Positions 9,603 to 20,800 are shown, numbered from the stretch's first letter. The stretch is 57,796 nucleotides of DNA from Thermoanaerobaculia bacterium (GCA_035273585.1 DATEOX010000746.1:1-57796), one strand, 5' to 3'. The notes: generated from the sequence alone by a model not told the origin. A program made the numbers and translations.

Positions 9603-11662
9603 GCGCTGAGAGCGTTCTGCAGCGGCAGCCGCGGTGCATGGTTGTCGGTGAGAGTGTCGCGTACCTGCTGCAGGATCGACTCCCGCGATGCGCCCTGCTT
9701 CTGAAGGATCGCTTCGACGTACCCATCGAGCTGACGGCGGTCGTCGGCGGTGAGGTCCTGTGAAGTCATTACGATGATCGGAATCGAGGACCACTCAGGA
9801 TGCTGCCGCACTGCCGCGGCAAACTCGAACCCGTTCATGACCGGCATGATCAGATCGCAAAAAATCAGGCTCGGACGCTGGATCTCCATGCTCTTCAGAG
9901 CGGCTGCTCCATTTGCAGCTTCGGAAACCGACCACCCCTCCTTTTCCAGGATTGCTCTGGTCATGGCGCGGACGGACTTGTCGTCATCGACGAGGAGGAC
10001 GGGAGAGGGTGCATCGGGGCTCATATGTTTTTTCATGAGCTGCGACAGCCGCACGCGGTTGACCGGCTTCGTCGCATAGTCGGCGGCGCCTAGTGCGAAG
10101 CCGCGCACCGGGTCGTCGACCATCGTCAGCATGATCACAGGCACATCACGCAGCCCTGTGTCGGCTTTGAGCGCCGCCAGGACACTCCAACCGTCCAGGT
10201 CCGGCATCATTACGTCCAGCGTGATCGCCGCGGGGACGAATTGCCGGGCCAGCCGAAGACCCTCGACACCGCCGCTCGCAGTGCGCACGATGAAACCCTC
10301 TTTCCGGAGGTAGCGCTGCATCAGATCGCGCTGTACCGGATCGTCGTCGACGACGAGCACGCAGGTTCCCGGCGCAGGAAGCGAAAACGTGTCATCGGCG
10401 CCGCTCGTGTCGACGACCGCTGAGACCCGCCGGCGCTCCTCGCCGTCATGCAGTGATGGGTCAGGCACGATCGCCGGCAGCTTGATGCTGAATACACTGC
10501 CTTCGCCCGGCGCGCTGTGTACCGTGACGTCGCCGCTCATGATCTGGCAGAAGCGCCGCGTGAGAGAGAGTCCGAGGCCGGTGCCGCCGAACTTTCGCGT
10601 CGTCGACGCATCGGCCTGCGTAAACGGCTGAAACAGTCGAACGATCTGATCGGGCGTCAGTCCGATGCCGGTGTCGGAGATACGGAAGACGATCCAGTCC
10701 GCACCGTCCATGACCAGCCGCTCCGTTTCGACCTTGATCGATCCAGCATTCGTGAATTTTGCCGCGTTCGAAACGAGGTTGAAGAGGCCCTGCCGCACTT
10801 TGCTCAGGTCGGCGACCATGAAGCCAATGTCCGGCGGGCAGAGGATTTCGAGTCTGTTTCCGTTCTGCCTGGCCTGGATCGCAATCGTCGACGCCACCTC
10901 GTCGATGAGGTCCGCGATTTCGAAACGCTCCAGATGCAGCTCCATCTTGCCTGCCTCGATCTTCGAAAGGTCGAGGATCCCGTTGATGAGTCCGAGCAGA
11001 TGCTTGCCGGCCGCGGAGATCTTCGAGAGGTCCGCGCTGAACTGCGGCAGGTTCAGCTCCGCGACTTCCTCCAGCAGCATGTCCGAGTATCCGAGAATCG
11101 CGTTCAGCGGCGTCCGCAGCTCGTGGCTCATGTTTGCGAGGAAAAGACTCTTCACGCGATTTGCCGTTTCGGCAGCTTCCTTCGCCTTCGCGATTTCTCC
11201 TTCACCGCGCCGTCGATCGGTGACGTCTTCCATTGCCAGGACGAGCAGCTCTTCGTGCCGCCCCTGACGAAGCTTGCGCGCATTGAGGAGCATCACCCGT
11301 CGTCCGATCGACGGGAAGTCGTGCTCGAGCTCGAAGTCGTTGAAAACGGAGCTGGCAGGCACGATGTCTTCGAGCAGCGTGCGGAGCGCCGTGATGTTCC
11401 ACTGCCCGTTCCCGAGCTCGTAGATCAGTTGGTGTTCCGTGTCCGCCGCCGAGACATGGAACGCCTCGTAGAATGCACGGTTCGCTGCGTGAACCCGTAG
11501 TGTGCCGTCGAGGATCAGCAGCGGTTCGCGGAGCGTATCAAACAGATCCTGCGAGAATTCAGGAGCCCCGCGCGTCTCGGGCAAAGGGCCGTCGATCGGG
11601 TGGTTTGCGTCGCCAGCAGCGGGCGTACTTCGAAAGCGTTGCGGGTGGAGAGGTTCAGTCAT
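9599..11662 (-). CDS. PAS-containing hybrid histidine kinase with two C-terminal receiver domains
   Basis: 687 aa. H-box SHELRTPLNAILGYSDML; DTGIGL and GGTGLGLS; two REC domains (VLVVDDDPVQRD..., VLLVDDDKSVRA...). Confidence 0.9.
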   Translation of the reverse strand: MTEPLHPQRFRSTPAAGDANHPIDGPLPETRGAPEFSQDLFDTLREPLLILDGTLRVHAANRAFYEAFHVSAADTEHQLIYELGNGQWNITALRTLLEDIVPASSVFNDFELEHDFPSIGRRVMLLNARKLRQGRHEELLVLAMEDVTDRRRGEGEIAKAKEAAETANRVKSLFLANMSHELRTPLNAILGYSDMLLEEVAELNLPQFSADLSKISAAGKHLLGLINGILDLSKIEAGKMELHLERFEIADLIDEVASTIAIQARQNGNRLEILCPPDIGFMVADLSKVRQGLFNLVSNAAKFTNAGSIKVETERLVMDGADWIVFRISDTGIGLTPDQIVRLFQPFTQADASTTRKFGGTGLGLSLTRRFCQIMSGDVTVHSAPGEGSVFSIKLPAIVPDPSLHDGEERRRVSAVVDTSGADDTFSLPAPGTCVLVVDDDPVQRDLMQRYLRKEGFIVRTASGGVEGLRLARQFVPAAITLDVMMPDLDGWSVLAALKADTGLRDVPVIMLTMVDDPVRGFALGAADYATKPVNRVRLSQLMKKHMSPDAPSPVLLVDDDKSVRAMTRAILEKEGWSVSEAANGAAALKSMEIQRPSLIFCDLIMPVMNGFEFAAAVRQHPEWSSIPIIVMTSQDLTADDRRQLDGYVEAILQKQGASRESILQQVRDTLTDNHAPRLPLQNALSA

Positions 11663-11971
11663 TGATCGCTCCTGGTTTTCAACCGGACGCGATCGTCAGG
11701 CGCGGTCAGTCGTAGATCTTGAGACGGGAGACAACTTCGGTCCTGCAAGTACTGAGCCGTGCGGGGAAGGGCTTCGCTTTCACGCTTCGTTGTACGACCG
11801 CGATCCGGCTCGCAGTCGCGGCATTCCGCAGAGACAACGCGTCACGATTCGGAGCGGCGCCGGAACTGACGAATTTATGCCGCAGGTGAGCAGTCGGAGG
11901 CGTAAGATCCAACCACCCTCCGGGTCCTCCCGCAGCTTTGCGGTTGAAGACCTGCAGGTTCCGGAGGCTGG

Positions 11972-13443
11972 ATGCAGGACGAAATCGCACCGACTGGGAT
12001 CGCCGGCCTCGATGAAATCCTGCGAGGCGGCCTGCCCAGGCACCAGATGTACTTCGTACAGGGCGACCCGGGTTCCGGAAAGACGACGCTGTCATTTCAG
12101 TTTCTCCTGGAGGGAGTGGGTCGCGGCGAAAAAGCGCTTTATGTGACTCTGTCCGCTTCCGCGCGCGATCTGGAGCGCGTGGCGCGCTCCCATCGATGGG
12201 ACATCTCCTCCATCGACGTCTACGAGCAGTTTCGAAGTGCCAGATCCGCAGACACGACGATCTTTCGGCCATCCGAGGTCGAGCTGGCGAAGACCGTTCA
12301 AGCAATCCTGGCCGCCATTGATGATCGCCAGCCGGACCGGGTGGTGATCGACTCCCTCGGAGAGATTCGCCTTCTCGCCGAGAGCCCGCTTCGGTATCGA
12401 AAGCAACTGTTGGTTCTGAAGGACTTTTTCGCGACAGACAAATCACGGCGCTCGTACTCGATGACCACACGCTCGCGAAGGGCGACTCCGAAGTGCAGGG
12501 TCTCGCCGAGGAGGTGATCACACTCGGAGTCACGGCGCCGACATACGGCAACACGAGACGCACTCTCCAGGTGGTGAAGATGCGCGGCGTGTCGTTCCGC
12601 GGCGGCTTCCACGACTTCACGATTGAAAAGGGCGGGTTGATCGTCTTCCCACGACTGAGCGCAGGTCAGCACACGAGCAGCCGCGAGGCCGGTGCGATCA
12701 GCAGCGGCATCGCGGAGATCGACGCGCTCGTCGGCGGGGGACTGGAGCGCGGCTCCACCACAATGGCGATGGGACCGGCAGGGGTGGGCAAGTCATCGCT
12801 GGCCTTGCAGTTCGCAACGACCGCGGCGCTCGCTGGCGAGCGCGTGGTGTTTTTCATCTTCGAGGAACACCGCACCGTCTTCATGAAGTGCGCGGCATCG
12901 CTCGGCTTCGACCTTCCACCTCTGATCGAAAGCGGCCGCTTCACGGTTCAGCAGATCGATCCGGCGGAGATGTCGGCCGGCGAATTCGCCTACACCGTCC
13001 GCACGGTCGTGGAGAAAGACGAAACCTCGATGGTCATCATCGACAGCCTCAATGGCTACTTCAACGCCATGCCGGAGGAGCAGTTCCTCACGCTCCACCT
13101 GCACGAGTTCTTGAGCTATCTCAACGACGCCGCTGTCACCACGATCCTGATCGTGTCGCAGCATGGAGCACTCGGTCAGGTATCCTCGCCCGTCGACGTC
13201 AGCTACCTCGCCGACGCGGTGATTCTGCTCCGCTACTACGAGACCCGCGGCGCCTTCCGGCGCGCGATCTCGATGCTGAAGAAGCGGACGAGCGCCCATG
13301 AGCAGAGCGTTCGAGACTACCAACTGAGCTCGAACGGCGTTCGCGTCGGTGCGGCCCTTGAGGAGTTCCGCGGCATTCTCGCGGGGATGCAGTCAACGGA
13401 GGCTTCACCGCCGCATCCGAAGGCGAGAGAGAACGATCGCTAG
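11972..13443 (+). pseudogene. KaiC-like double RecA-superfamily ATPase, interrupted by a frameshift near 12430
   Basis: Two Walker A motifs (GDPGSGKTT; GPAGVGKSS). Track ORFs 11972-12517 and 12493-13443 are adjacent halves in different frames. LKDFF / RDRQITALVLDD join only if one base is added near 12430. Confidence 0.75.
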
Positions 13444-13451
13444 TGCGCGGG

Positions 13452-14648
13452 CTAGGTCGCGCCGTGAGCGACGTTCGCCAGCGGCAGCGACACGACGAAC
13501 TCCGACCCTTTGCCCGGACCTTCGCTGAACGCTTCAATCGTCCCGCCGTGACTCTCGACGAGATGCCGAACGATCGCCAGACCCAGACCCAGACCGCGCT
13601 GTGGCGTGTCGCGCGTTGAGTTCTCCTGACGATACCGCTCGAATACGTGCGGTAACAGGTCGCTCGTCATGCCGCGGCCGGTGTCACGCACGCAAATCTC
13701 TGCTGACGCGTCGGTGCGACGCAACTCGACGTGGACTGAACCCCCGCGCGGCGTGAATTTGATCGAGTTGGACAGCAGGTTCCAGCCGACCTGCTGGAGA
13801 CGAACCTCATCCGCAAAGACGAAGATTGGCTCCGCTGGAAGATCGGCCGTCAGATCGATTCCCTCCAGCTCCGACACGGCCCGAAAGGTAGCGACGACGT
13901 TGTTCACGATCGGGCTCAGTTCGACCAGCTCCTGCGCGATCATCGCCTTGCCCGCGATGATGCGCGACACATCCATCAGTCTTCGATGATGTGGGCCTGC
14001 ACCTTCGTGCTCGCCTCGATCATTGCCAATGCCTCGGCCGCCTCGGTGGCGTCGAGTTCCGCAGTTCTCAGGATCGCCACCCATCCACGGATCGCGGTCA
14101 TCGGAGAGCGTAACTCGTGCGCGAGCGTCGCCAAAAACTCGTCCTTCGCGCGATCCGCCGCCTCGTGCGCGCGCGCGATCTGCACCGCCGAGTCGGCCAG
14201 CTCATCGAGGAGGCGCTTGACCTGGTACTGCCGACGACGGCTGCGCAGAGCCGCTTCCGCCGCGCTGATGAACGTAGCGAGTCCGACCGGGCGTTCGAGA
14301 ATCAGAACCTGCACGCGTTCGCCGAGGATCTGCTTTACCTGCGCCGCTTCCTCTTCGCCGCCACTACCCAGCAGCAGAACCGGGATCTCCGACCACGGCT
14401 CCTGTGCATCGCAGAGTTCTCTCAGCGACGTGCAGCAGTCAGGGTCGTTCAACGCCTCGGAAGCGATGAGCACCATCCCAGCGCCTTTCTGCCACCTCGG
14501 CAGCCAAGGCTGAGGTGTCGTCCACGGCGACCACGACGAAGCCGTGGCCGCCGAGAGTTTGCGCGATCAGCGGCGCGTCGTCGCCCGTAGGCGCGCGTAC
14601 GAGAATGCGTTCGGTCAACGCACGGCCGGCGGTCCGTTGCTCATCCAT
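13452..14648 (-). pseudogene. Histidine kinase with receiver-like N-terminus, split by two frameshifts (about 13980 and about 14480)
   Basis: Three collinear pieces in three frames: MDEQ...ILVRAPTGDD (REC-like); H-box AHELRSPMTAIRGW; DTGRGM and GLGLGLAIV HATPase. HIIED|LMDVSRIIAGK needs one extra base. Confidence 0.75.
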
Positions 14649-14886
14649 GGTCGATCATTGCGGCTCGTCCCGGAGCTGACTGTCTCGCCGTGCAGTTGTG
14701 AGCTGACACGCGCGCAACTCCGCTGTTGGAGGTCAAGTTCCCGAGTCCATTTGGTCATGGTATGACAGCGCCCGTACGCCTTTGATCCGCGATCCGCTCT
14801 GTCGTTCTTGTTCCCAGATGCCGGGTGGCTGGTGCCGTCATCGAAGATGCTCAGCGCGAGCCACATGACTTTTAAGCGCGGCGGCC

Positions 14887-14949
14887 GCGAAAACGGCTGC
14901 CCGGGCCTCGAAAACGGCTCGCGAGACGTCAAAAACAGCTCCGGGCACA
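14887..14949. repeat. Three tandem 21-bp units with core C(G/A)AAAAC(G/A)GCT
   Basis: cgaaaacggctgcccgggcct / cgaaaacggctcgcgagacgt / caaaaacagctccgggcacat. Lies in a stretch (14650-15346) with no credible CDS. Confidence 0.7.
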
Positions 14950-15346
14950 TCGATTAGGCTTCCCCAGGCAGCTCGCCGGGGTCGATGGTGGGTGGTCCGC
15001 GGTCGTTTAGCGCTGAAGGCGTCGGGTCCGAAACCACACGGGCATCGCTTGGATCCCGCCCATGCGCGATGGAGTCCAGCGCGCCTCGTAACCGACGACG
15101 GCTCGACTCCGAGATACGTGCGCCGCGATGCCGTGGCGCTGCTCTCGTACACCACCCAATGTCACGACCTCGCCGACGTTCGGCCGGCCTACGGCCGTCA
15201 ATGATCCGCGGCAGCTACAGTTCGGCATCCGGGTGCTCTTCTAAATCTTCCTGGTGGTATGCCGCCAACGCGACCGATTGACCGCGGCCATGGGATTCAT
15301 TCCATCGGCCGCGGGATCGATCTGGAACGTCCAGCGGAGATGCCAG

Positions 15347-15447
15347 TTGTTAATCCGGTGGTCGCTCGTTCGAGTCCAGCCGCCACAGCGAATTTCCTTT
15401 CAGAGACTTAGCAGAGATCCGCAGCGTCCGATCGAATGGATGGGCGA
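15347..15447 (+). repeat. Direct repeat copy B: partial tRNA-Asn (anticodon loop to 3' end, T-stem mismatch, no CCA) plus downstream flank; att-like
   Basis: 96/101 identity with 7539-7639. No matching tRNA 5' half upstream (ggagatgccag instead of the anticodon stem). Confidence 0.9.
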
Positions 15448-15584
15448 TGAGTGACGTCGAACGGCTGGGTCAACCTACCAAACCGCCGCGCCGAACCGAG
15501 AGTGAACTGGAGCGATTCTCCTGTCGGAGCTACGGCCGGTACAACGCGTCCGCCGCCAGCGGCAGACGCATGGGAGATCCTCCG

Positions 15585-16020
15585 ATGAAAGGCCGGATTC
15601 CAGGTTTCAGCTACAACCCCAAGAAGCACGTCGCTCACTTCTCACTGTACTTCCCGAGACCAACGGCAAGGTACGTCGCGAAAAGACGGCGCACGCGGAA
15701 TCGCGCGAAGAGGCCATCCGGTTGTGGCAGGCCTTCCGCGACGAGATCAGCGGTAAGCCGCCCGAGCCCCAAGCCCGCCGCACAACCCAAGGCGATGACG
15801 TTCCGAACATTTGTCACTGAGTACCTGCAGAAGATCTGCGCACGACGCGCGGAGAAGACGCTCGCCATCTATCGCACAATCGCCACCACAAGCCTCATTC
15901 CGTACTTCGGCGAGAAGCCTCTCGACAGCATTCGCTCATGCGACGTCGAGGACTTCATGGCCTCGATGCTCACCGAGTGCAGTCCCGCGTACGTCAACAA
16001 CTGCGTCCGCATGGCGATCG
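15585..16020 (+). pseudogene. Tyrosine-recombinase (phage integrase) remnant: N-terminal arm and core-binding region only, frameshifted, catalytic domain deleted
   Basis: MKGRIPGFSYNPKKHVAHFSLYFP | ETNGKVRREKTAHAESREEAIRLWQAFRDEI (other frame) | TFRTFVTEYLQKICARRAEKTLAIYRTIATTSLIPYFGEKPLDSIRSCDVEDFM (SAM-like core-binding). No R..HxxR..Y catalytic region follows. Confidence 0.6.
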
Positions 16021-16029
16021 CCGGGAGCG

Positions 16030-16377
16030 GCAGCGAGGTGCAGGTGGCCGACGCGCGGGAGTTCTTTCGCAGTCTCGCCGTCTTCATCGCGCCGCTGTTT
16101 GCGGGCGGCGGGATGCACATCAAGGTCCTCGAGGCGATGTCCCTCGGCACGCCGATCGTCGCAACCCCCCTCGACGCGGGCGGCATCGACGCGACCCACG
16201 AACACGACCTCCTCCTCGCCGAGGATGCGGAGTCGTTCGCGGATGCGATCGTGCGCCTGCTGCGCGATCGCGAAACGGGCCCGCCGCCTCGGCCGCAACG
16301 CGCGGGCGACCGTCGCGGCGCGCTACGATCGCGACACGCTCGCGCGCGATCTGCTCAGCTTCTACGAATCGCTGTGA
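16030..16377 (+). pseudogene. Family-1 glycosyltransferase C-terminal fragment (frameshift near 16265)
   Basis: FIAPLFAGGGMHIKVLEAMSLGTPIVATPLDAGGID...LLLAEDAESFADAIVRLL, then RRLGRNARATVAARYDRDTLARDLLSFYESL in another frame. Fused in frame to the integrase remnant in track ORF 15447-16415. Confidence 0.6.
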
Positions 16378-17138
16378 GCACAGCCCGTGCGACGCGCCCC
16401 CACGCCTTGCCGTAGTGCGCCGTCCCCCACGTCAGCAGATCGTCGCGGAGCCGCACCGGATCGTGCCGCCGGATATGGTCGGGAGCGATGGTGCGGCCAT
16501 GGCCGTGCGTCACGCGCGCCTCGTCGACGATCCGCACGCGCCACCCCGCGCCGCGCGCGCGCAGACAGAATTCGAGGTCCTGACAGTAGAAGCGGTAGCG
16601 CTCGTCGAGCGGCCCCGCATCGCGCCAGACCTCCGCGCGAAGCGCCATCGCCGCGCCGCTGACCCAATCCACGTCGCTCGTCGTCCGCGCTTTCCCTCGC
16701 CGAAAGAAGCGTGCGTACTGCCCGAGCCCCGTCACCGCCGCACGATCCAGGCGAGCGTCGGCGTCGCCCACCGCTCCACTGCGGCGTGCCGTCGTCATTG
16801 AGCAACCGCGCGCCCGCAACGCCGAGCGTAGAGTCGTTCGCGAATGCCTCCTCGAACGCGCGCAACGCCTCGCCGTCGACGATGGCATCGCTGTTGAGCA
16901 GCAGAATCAACCCGCCCCCCGCCTCCCTTATCCCCCGGTTCGCCGCCACCGCAAACCCGCCATTCGCCTCCATCCGAACGACCCGCACCCAAGGCACCTC
17001 CCGCGCCAGCAGCGCCGCCGTCCCATCGCTTGAGCCGTCATCGACGACGATTACCTCCACCGCCGCGCCAACCGCACGGCAGCATTGCAAGGTCATCGCA
17101 GCGGTGTTGAAGGTGGGGATGACGACGGAGAGGCTCAT
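16355..17138 (-). pseudogene. Family-2 glycosyltransferase, frameshift near 16770
   Basis: MSLSVVIPTFNTA...VVDDGSSDGT...LLNSDAIV (GT2 N-terminus), then VDWVSGAAMALRAEVW...YCQDLEFCLRARGAGWRV in the overlapping track ORF 16355-16888. Confidence 0.7.
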
Positions 17139-17318
17139 GAACGCGCGCCCTAGTATTCACTGACGTGCGATCCGGTGGTGGTCGACAGGCTGACGAGGCC
17201 GTCCGTCACCATCAGCCGGCCGGCGCCTCCGTCGGCACGCGATGGCGTCGGAACATTTTTTCCTTCGCTGCCCCCACTTATTTGTCCGGTCCGTGTCTGA
17301 AGAGCCGAGGAGCTTTTC

Positions 17319-17858
17319 ATGCGAGTCCGATCGGTCGTTTTCGTGCTGTTGTTGTGGCTTTGCGTGCCCGCGCTGCTCGCGCAGGCCGATTCTGCCGGCG
17401 GTAGCGAAGGAGCGACCGCGGGCGAGACCGTGGAGACCTCCGACAGCCGCGGCGACGTGGCGCCGAGCACGCCCGTCGCACCGGTTCCGGGCTGGGTGCA
17501 CGTCGTCCGGCTTGCGGCGTTGGCGGGCCCGATCGCGTTTCTCGCCGCGGCGTGGCTCGCCGGCGGCATCGTCCACTACCGGCTCGTCCGCCGCGAGCAC
17601 GATCTCTTTCCGGCTGTGCGCGGCACGCGAATTCCGCAGACGATGCCGATGCTGATCAGCGCGGCGCTCTTCTTCGTGCCGGTGGCGCTTTTCGTCTTTT
17701 TCGAAATCCGCTCGCGCTGGGAGATCGCGCGGCACATCGGCGGCGTCGTCGACCAGTGGCATCCGGTGACGGCCCGCGCGTGGATGACGCTCTTCGGCTG
17801 TCTGGTGCTGGCGATCACTCCGTGGCTGTTCGCGCGCCGCGCCGACTCAGTGCGTTGA
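17319..17858 (+). CDS. Cluster gene 1: exported/membrane protein (signal peptide plus about 3 TM helices)
   Basis: GAGGAG precedes the ATG. MRVRSVVFVLLLWLCVPALLAQA signal, acidic linker, three hydrophobic segments. Stop lies 11 nt before the next start. Confidence 0.6.
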   Translation: MRVRSVVFVLLLWLCVPALLAQADSAGGSEGATAGETVETSDSRGDVAPSTPVAPVPGWVHVVRLAALAGPIAFLAAAWLAGGIVHYRLVRREHDLFPAVRGTRIPQTMPMLISAALFFVPVALFVFFEIRSRWEIARHIGGVVDQWHPVTARAWMTLFGCLVLAITPWLFARRADSVR

Positions 17859-17869
17859 GGAGAGGAACG

Positions 17870-20800
17870 ATGGCGAACTACCTGATTGCGGTGGGCGGTA
17901 CCGGGCAGCACGTCGCGCTCGCGGTCGCGGATTTCATCGCGCTGGCGCACGAGATCTTCCGCACGCCGGACGAATTTCCCGCCGTGAATCTGATCCTCGT
18001 CGACGCCGACCAGGCAGGCGGCGCCGATCAGGCCTCGGCGTGGCAGGAGGCGCGGGCGCGGCTCACGACGCTCGGTCTTTTCGGCGGCGACAGTTTCGAA
18101 TGCGTGCCGCTTCCCGTGCACTCGACGTTCGCCGACACGCGGAAGATGTACGAGTTCGTGAACCGTCTCGGCGCATCGTTCGGCCCGAATGCCGCCGACG
18201 CGCTGCTCCTGCACGAACAGCGCGAGGTCGACGTCACCAGCGGTTTCTACGCGCAGCCGCGCGTCGGCGCGATGATGGCCGACTGGCTCTTCGGCGAGGT
18301 CACGCGCGGCGAGGCCGTCAACCCGCAGCTTGCGCGCATCTTCCATCTCGCCGGTGATCCCGGAAACCGCATCGTCGTCGCCGGCTCGGGCGTCGGTGGC
18401 ACCGGAGCGGGGTTCGCGCCGGCGCTCCTCCGCCGCCTGTCGTCCGCGAACGGCGCCGGCGCCAGGCTGATGGCGCTGATGGCGACGGAGTGGTTCCGGC
18501 TCGCCGGCGCCTGCTCGAACCGCCTGTCGGAGTCGGTGCAGAAGACGAACGCGAACTCCGCGCTGTGGCACGCCGCTCACTCCGGTGCGGCCGCCGGCGT
18601 GCGGACCGTCCTGTTCGGACACCCGGACGTCTCGCGCGCGCCGGAGGAAGCGTGTCAGAACGGTGCGCTGCAGGCGCGCAAGGACAACCTGACCATTCCG
18701 TATTACGCCGCGGCGGCAGCGACGACGTTCTTCGCCGGCGACAACAGCGGCGGCACGCACATTCCGGCTGCGGCGTTCTCCGGCGATGCGCTCGCGCTGC
18801 CCGGCACGTTGCGGGTCACGCCGCGTCTCACGCTGAACGATCTGGTGCGGGCGAACGTCGAGGCGGTCGGCCGGCTGACGCTCGTCTCCGAGTACCTGCG
18901 CGAGCCATACCGCGGCTTCGTCATGCCGTTCCCGACGCTCACCGGCCGCATCGACGCGCTCGATGCGACCGAGCAGCCGCGCATAGACGCGGCGCTCGCC
19001 GCTAAGCGCGCGGCGCTCGCGAACCTCGGCAAGTCCGACGAAAAGCTGCCGGTCGCGCCGCGCCATCACCGCGGCCTTCCGACGCTGCGCGGCTGGATCC
19101 GCGGCAAGGTCGACGGTCCGTACGACCTCTGGAAAGACGCGCCGGTGCCGCAGCAGACGCCGGAGAGTCGCGCCGAGACCGTCGCCGCGGACGCCGACAG
19201 TGCCACGCTCCTCATCCGCAGGATCGGGTTCACCGGCCGCGTCGTCGGCGGCAATCTCGTCCCGGTGACGCAAGCGCAAGTCCGCGATCTGGTCACCGTC
19301 GACGACGTCGACGTTTCCAAAGTTCCGGCGTCCGACGCGGCCTCGCTGACCCTCGGCCACATCTTCCGCAGTTGGGAAGCGCGCGATGTCGAAGAGAAGC
19401 GGCAGATCGCCGACTCGCTCGTCGACGACGGCCGCGCGCGCCGCCCGGTGCTCGTCTGCGGCGACCACGGCGATCGTCCGCGTCAGTGGCTGAACCGCTG
19501 GCTGCTGCTAACGAACTTCCTCGTGGAAGGCCGCTTGACGGTGGAGCAACGCCCGCTGCCGTTCACCGCCGGGAAGGTTTTGTCGTATCGCGGCACGCCG
19601 GTCGGCGAGCTGTCGCGCGAATGGATTTGCCTGCCGCTGGTGAACGGCTACTGGAACGACGAAGCGACCGTCGCGGCGATGCACAGCGTCGCGTCGCGCC
19701 TCGAGACGCTGGCCACGTGGTGCCGCAACACCGCCGCGGTCGCGCGTTGCAAATCGTCGCGCCTGCCGGCGTGGCTGGACGTGCTCTTGTTCGCGACCGC
19801 CGACTTCGCCGGTGCGGCCAAGCAGCACACCGCGCAAAGTGTTCCCGTGCAGTGGACGGACGGCAGCACCGTGTCGCTCCCTCTGCCGAACGGCGTGAGC
19901 GGCGGGAACGACTGCGTCGCCGCTACCGCCGAGGCGTTCGGCGTGCTCGTCGAGCAGCCGCCGCCCGATGCGATGTCGCCGAAAGTGCGTGAGATCGTCG
20001 ACGAGATCTCGCGCATCGCGTTGACCGTGCCGAGCCTCGACGGCGGTGAAGCGAAAAGCGTGGTGTTCTCCGAGCTGCTGTCGCCCGCCGCGCGCGACTG
20101 CCTCTTCGGCGAGGTCATCGTCGACGTCGACGCACAGAAAGCCTGGCGTCTCACGTCGTCGTCGCGCATCGTCACGTCGGTCGCCGGTGAGGTGCTGACG
20201 GAGAACGTCGGCTGCTTCCGCACCGAGCAGCGGGCGAAGTGGCTCACGCCGGTCCGACACTCCTACATTCCGCTGCTGAAGTCCGGCGAGCTCGACGTGC
20301 GCACCGACGAACGGGGACAGGAGCTGCGCGTCACGCTGTCGCTGCACGGACGAACGTTCATGGAGTCGTACGCGGCGTCGCGCGTGCGGACGATCAATCC
20401 GCTCCTCCTGCACTGGCCGTCCTCGGTCGCCAGCGCGTCGGCGGATGTGACGGTGTTGTACGACGTCGCCGGCCACGGAGCAGGTCCGCAGACGCTCGAG
20501 GTGGTGATGCACGACGCCGCCTCGCGGTCCTGGAGCCGCTCACCGCAGCTGAGCCAGCGGCATTCGCTGCACTACGTCGCGACCGGATCGCGCATCCCGT
20601 ACGGCCTGACGTTCGAGCTCGAGAAGCGCGACGTCGGCTTCCTCAAGCTCGAGCGCAATCTTCGTCCTCTCGACGACGGCACGCAGCGCGTCGCCGTCGA
20701 CTTCGGCACATCGGCGACCGTCGTGGCGATCGAGGGCGGGCCGACTAATTCGCAGGTCGTCGACCTTCTGGAACCGCGCGCCGATGCGACCGCCGAGATA

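Noticed and set aside
14650-15346. Several 70-110-aa ORFs on both strands between the disrupted kinase and the distal tRNA repeat.
   Set aside because: They overlap one another and have low-complexity or odd composition, with no motifs or RBS. The stretch is treated as non-coding or degraded.
17576-19468. 630-aa minus-strand ORF antisense to the giant fusion gene. Similar long Arg/Gly/Asp-rich ORFs include 19508-20512-, 20996-22177-, 22065-23960-, 27538-31206+, 34655-35875-, 50835-52538- and 54620-56734+.
   Set aside because: These are typical high-GC shadow ORFs. They have Arg-rich low-complexity composition and no motifs, and each overlaps a motif-supported gene in another frame or strand.
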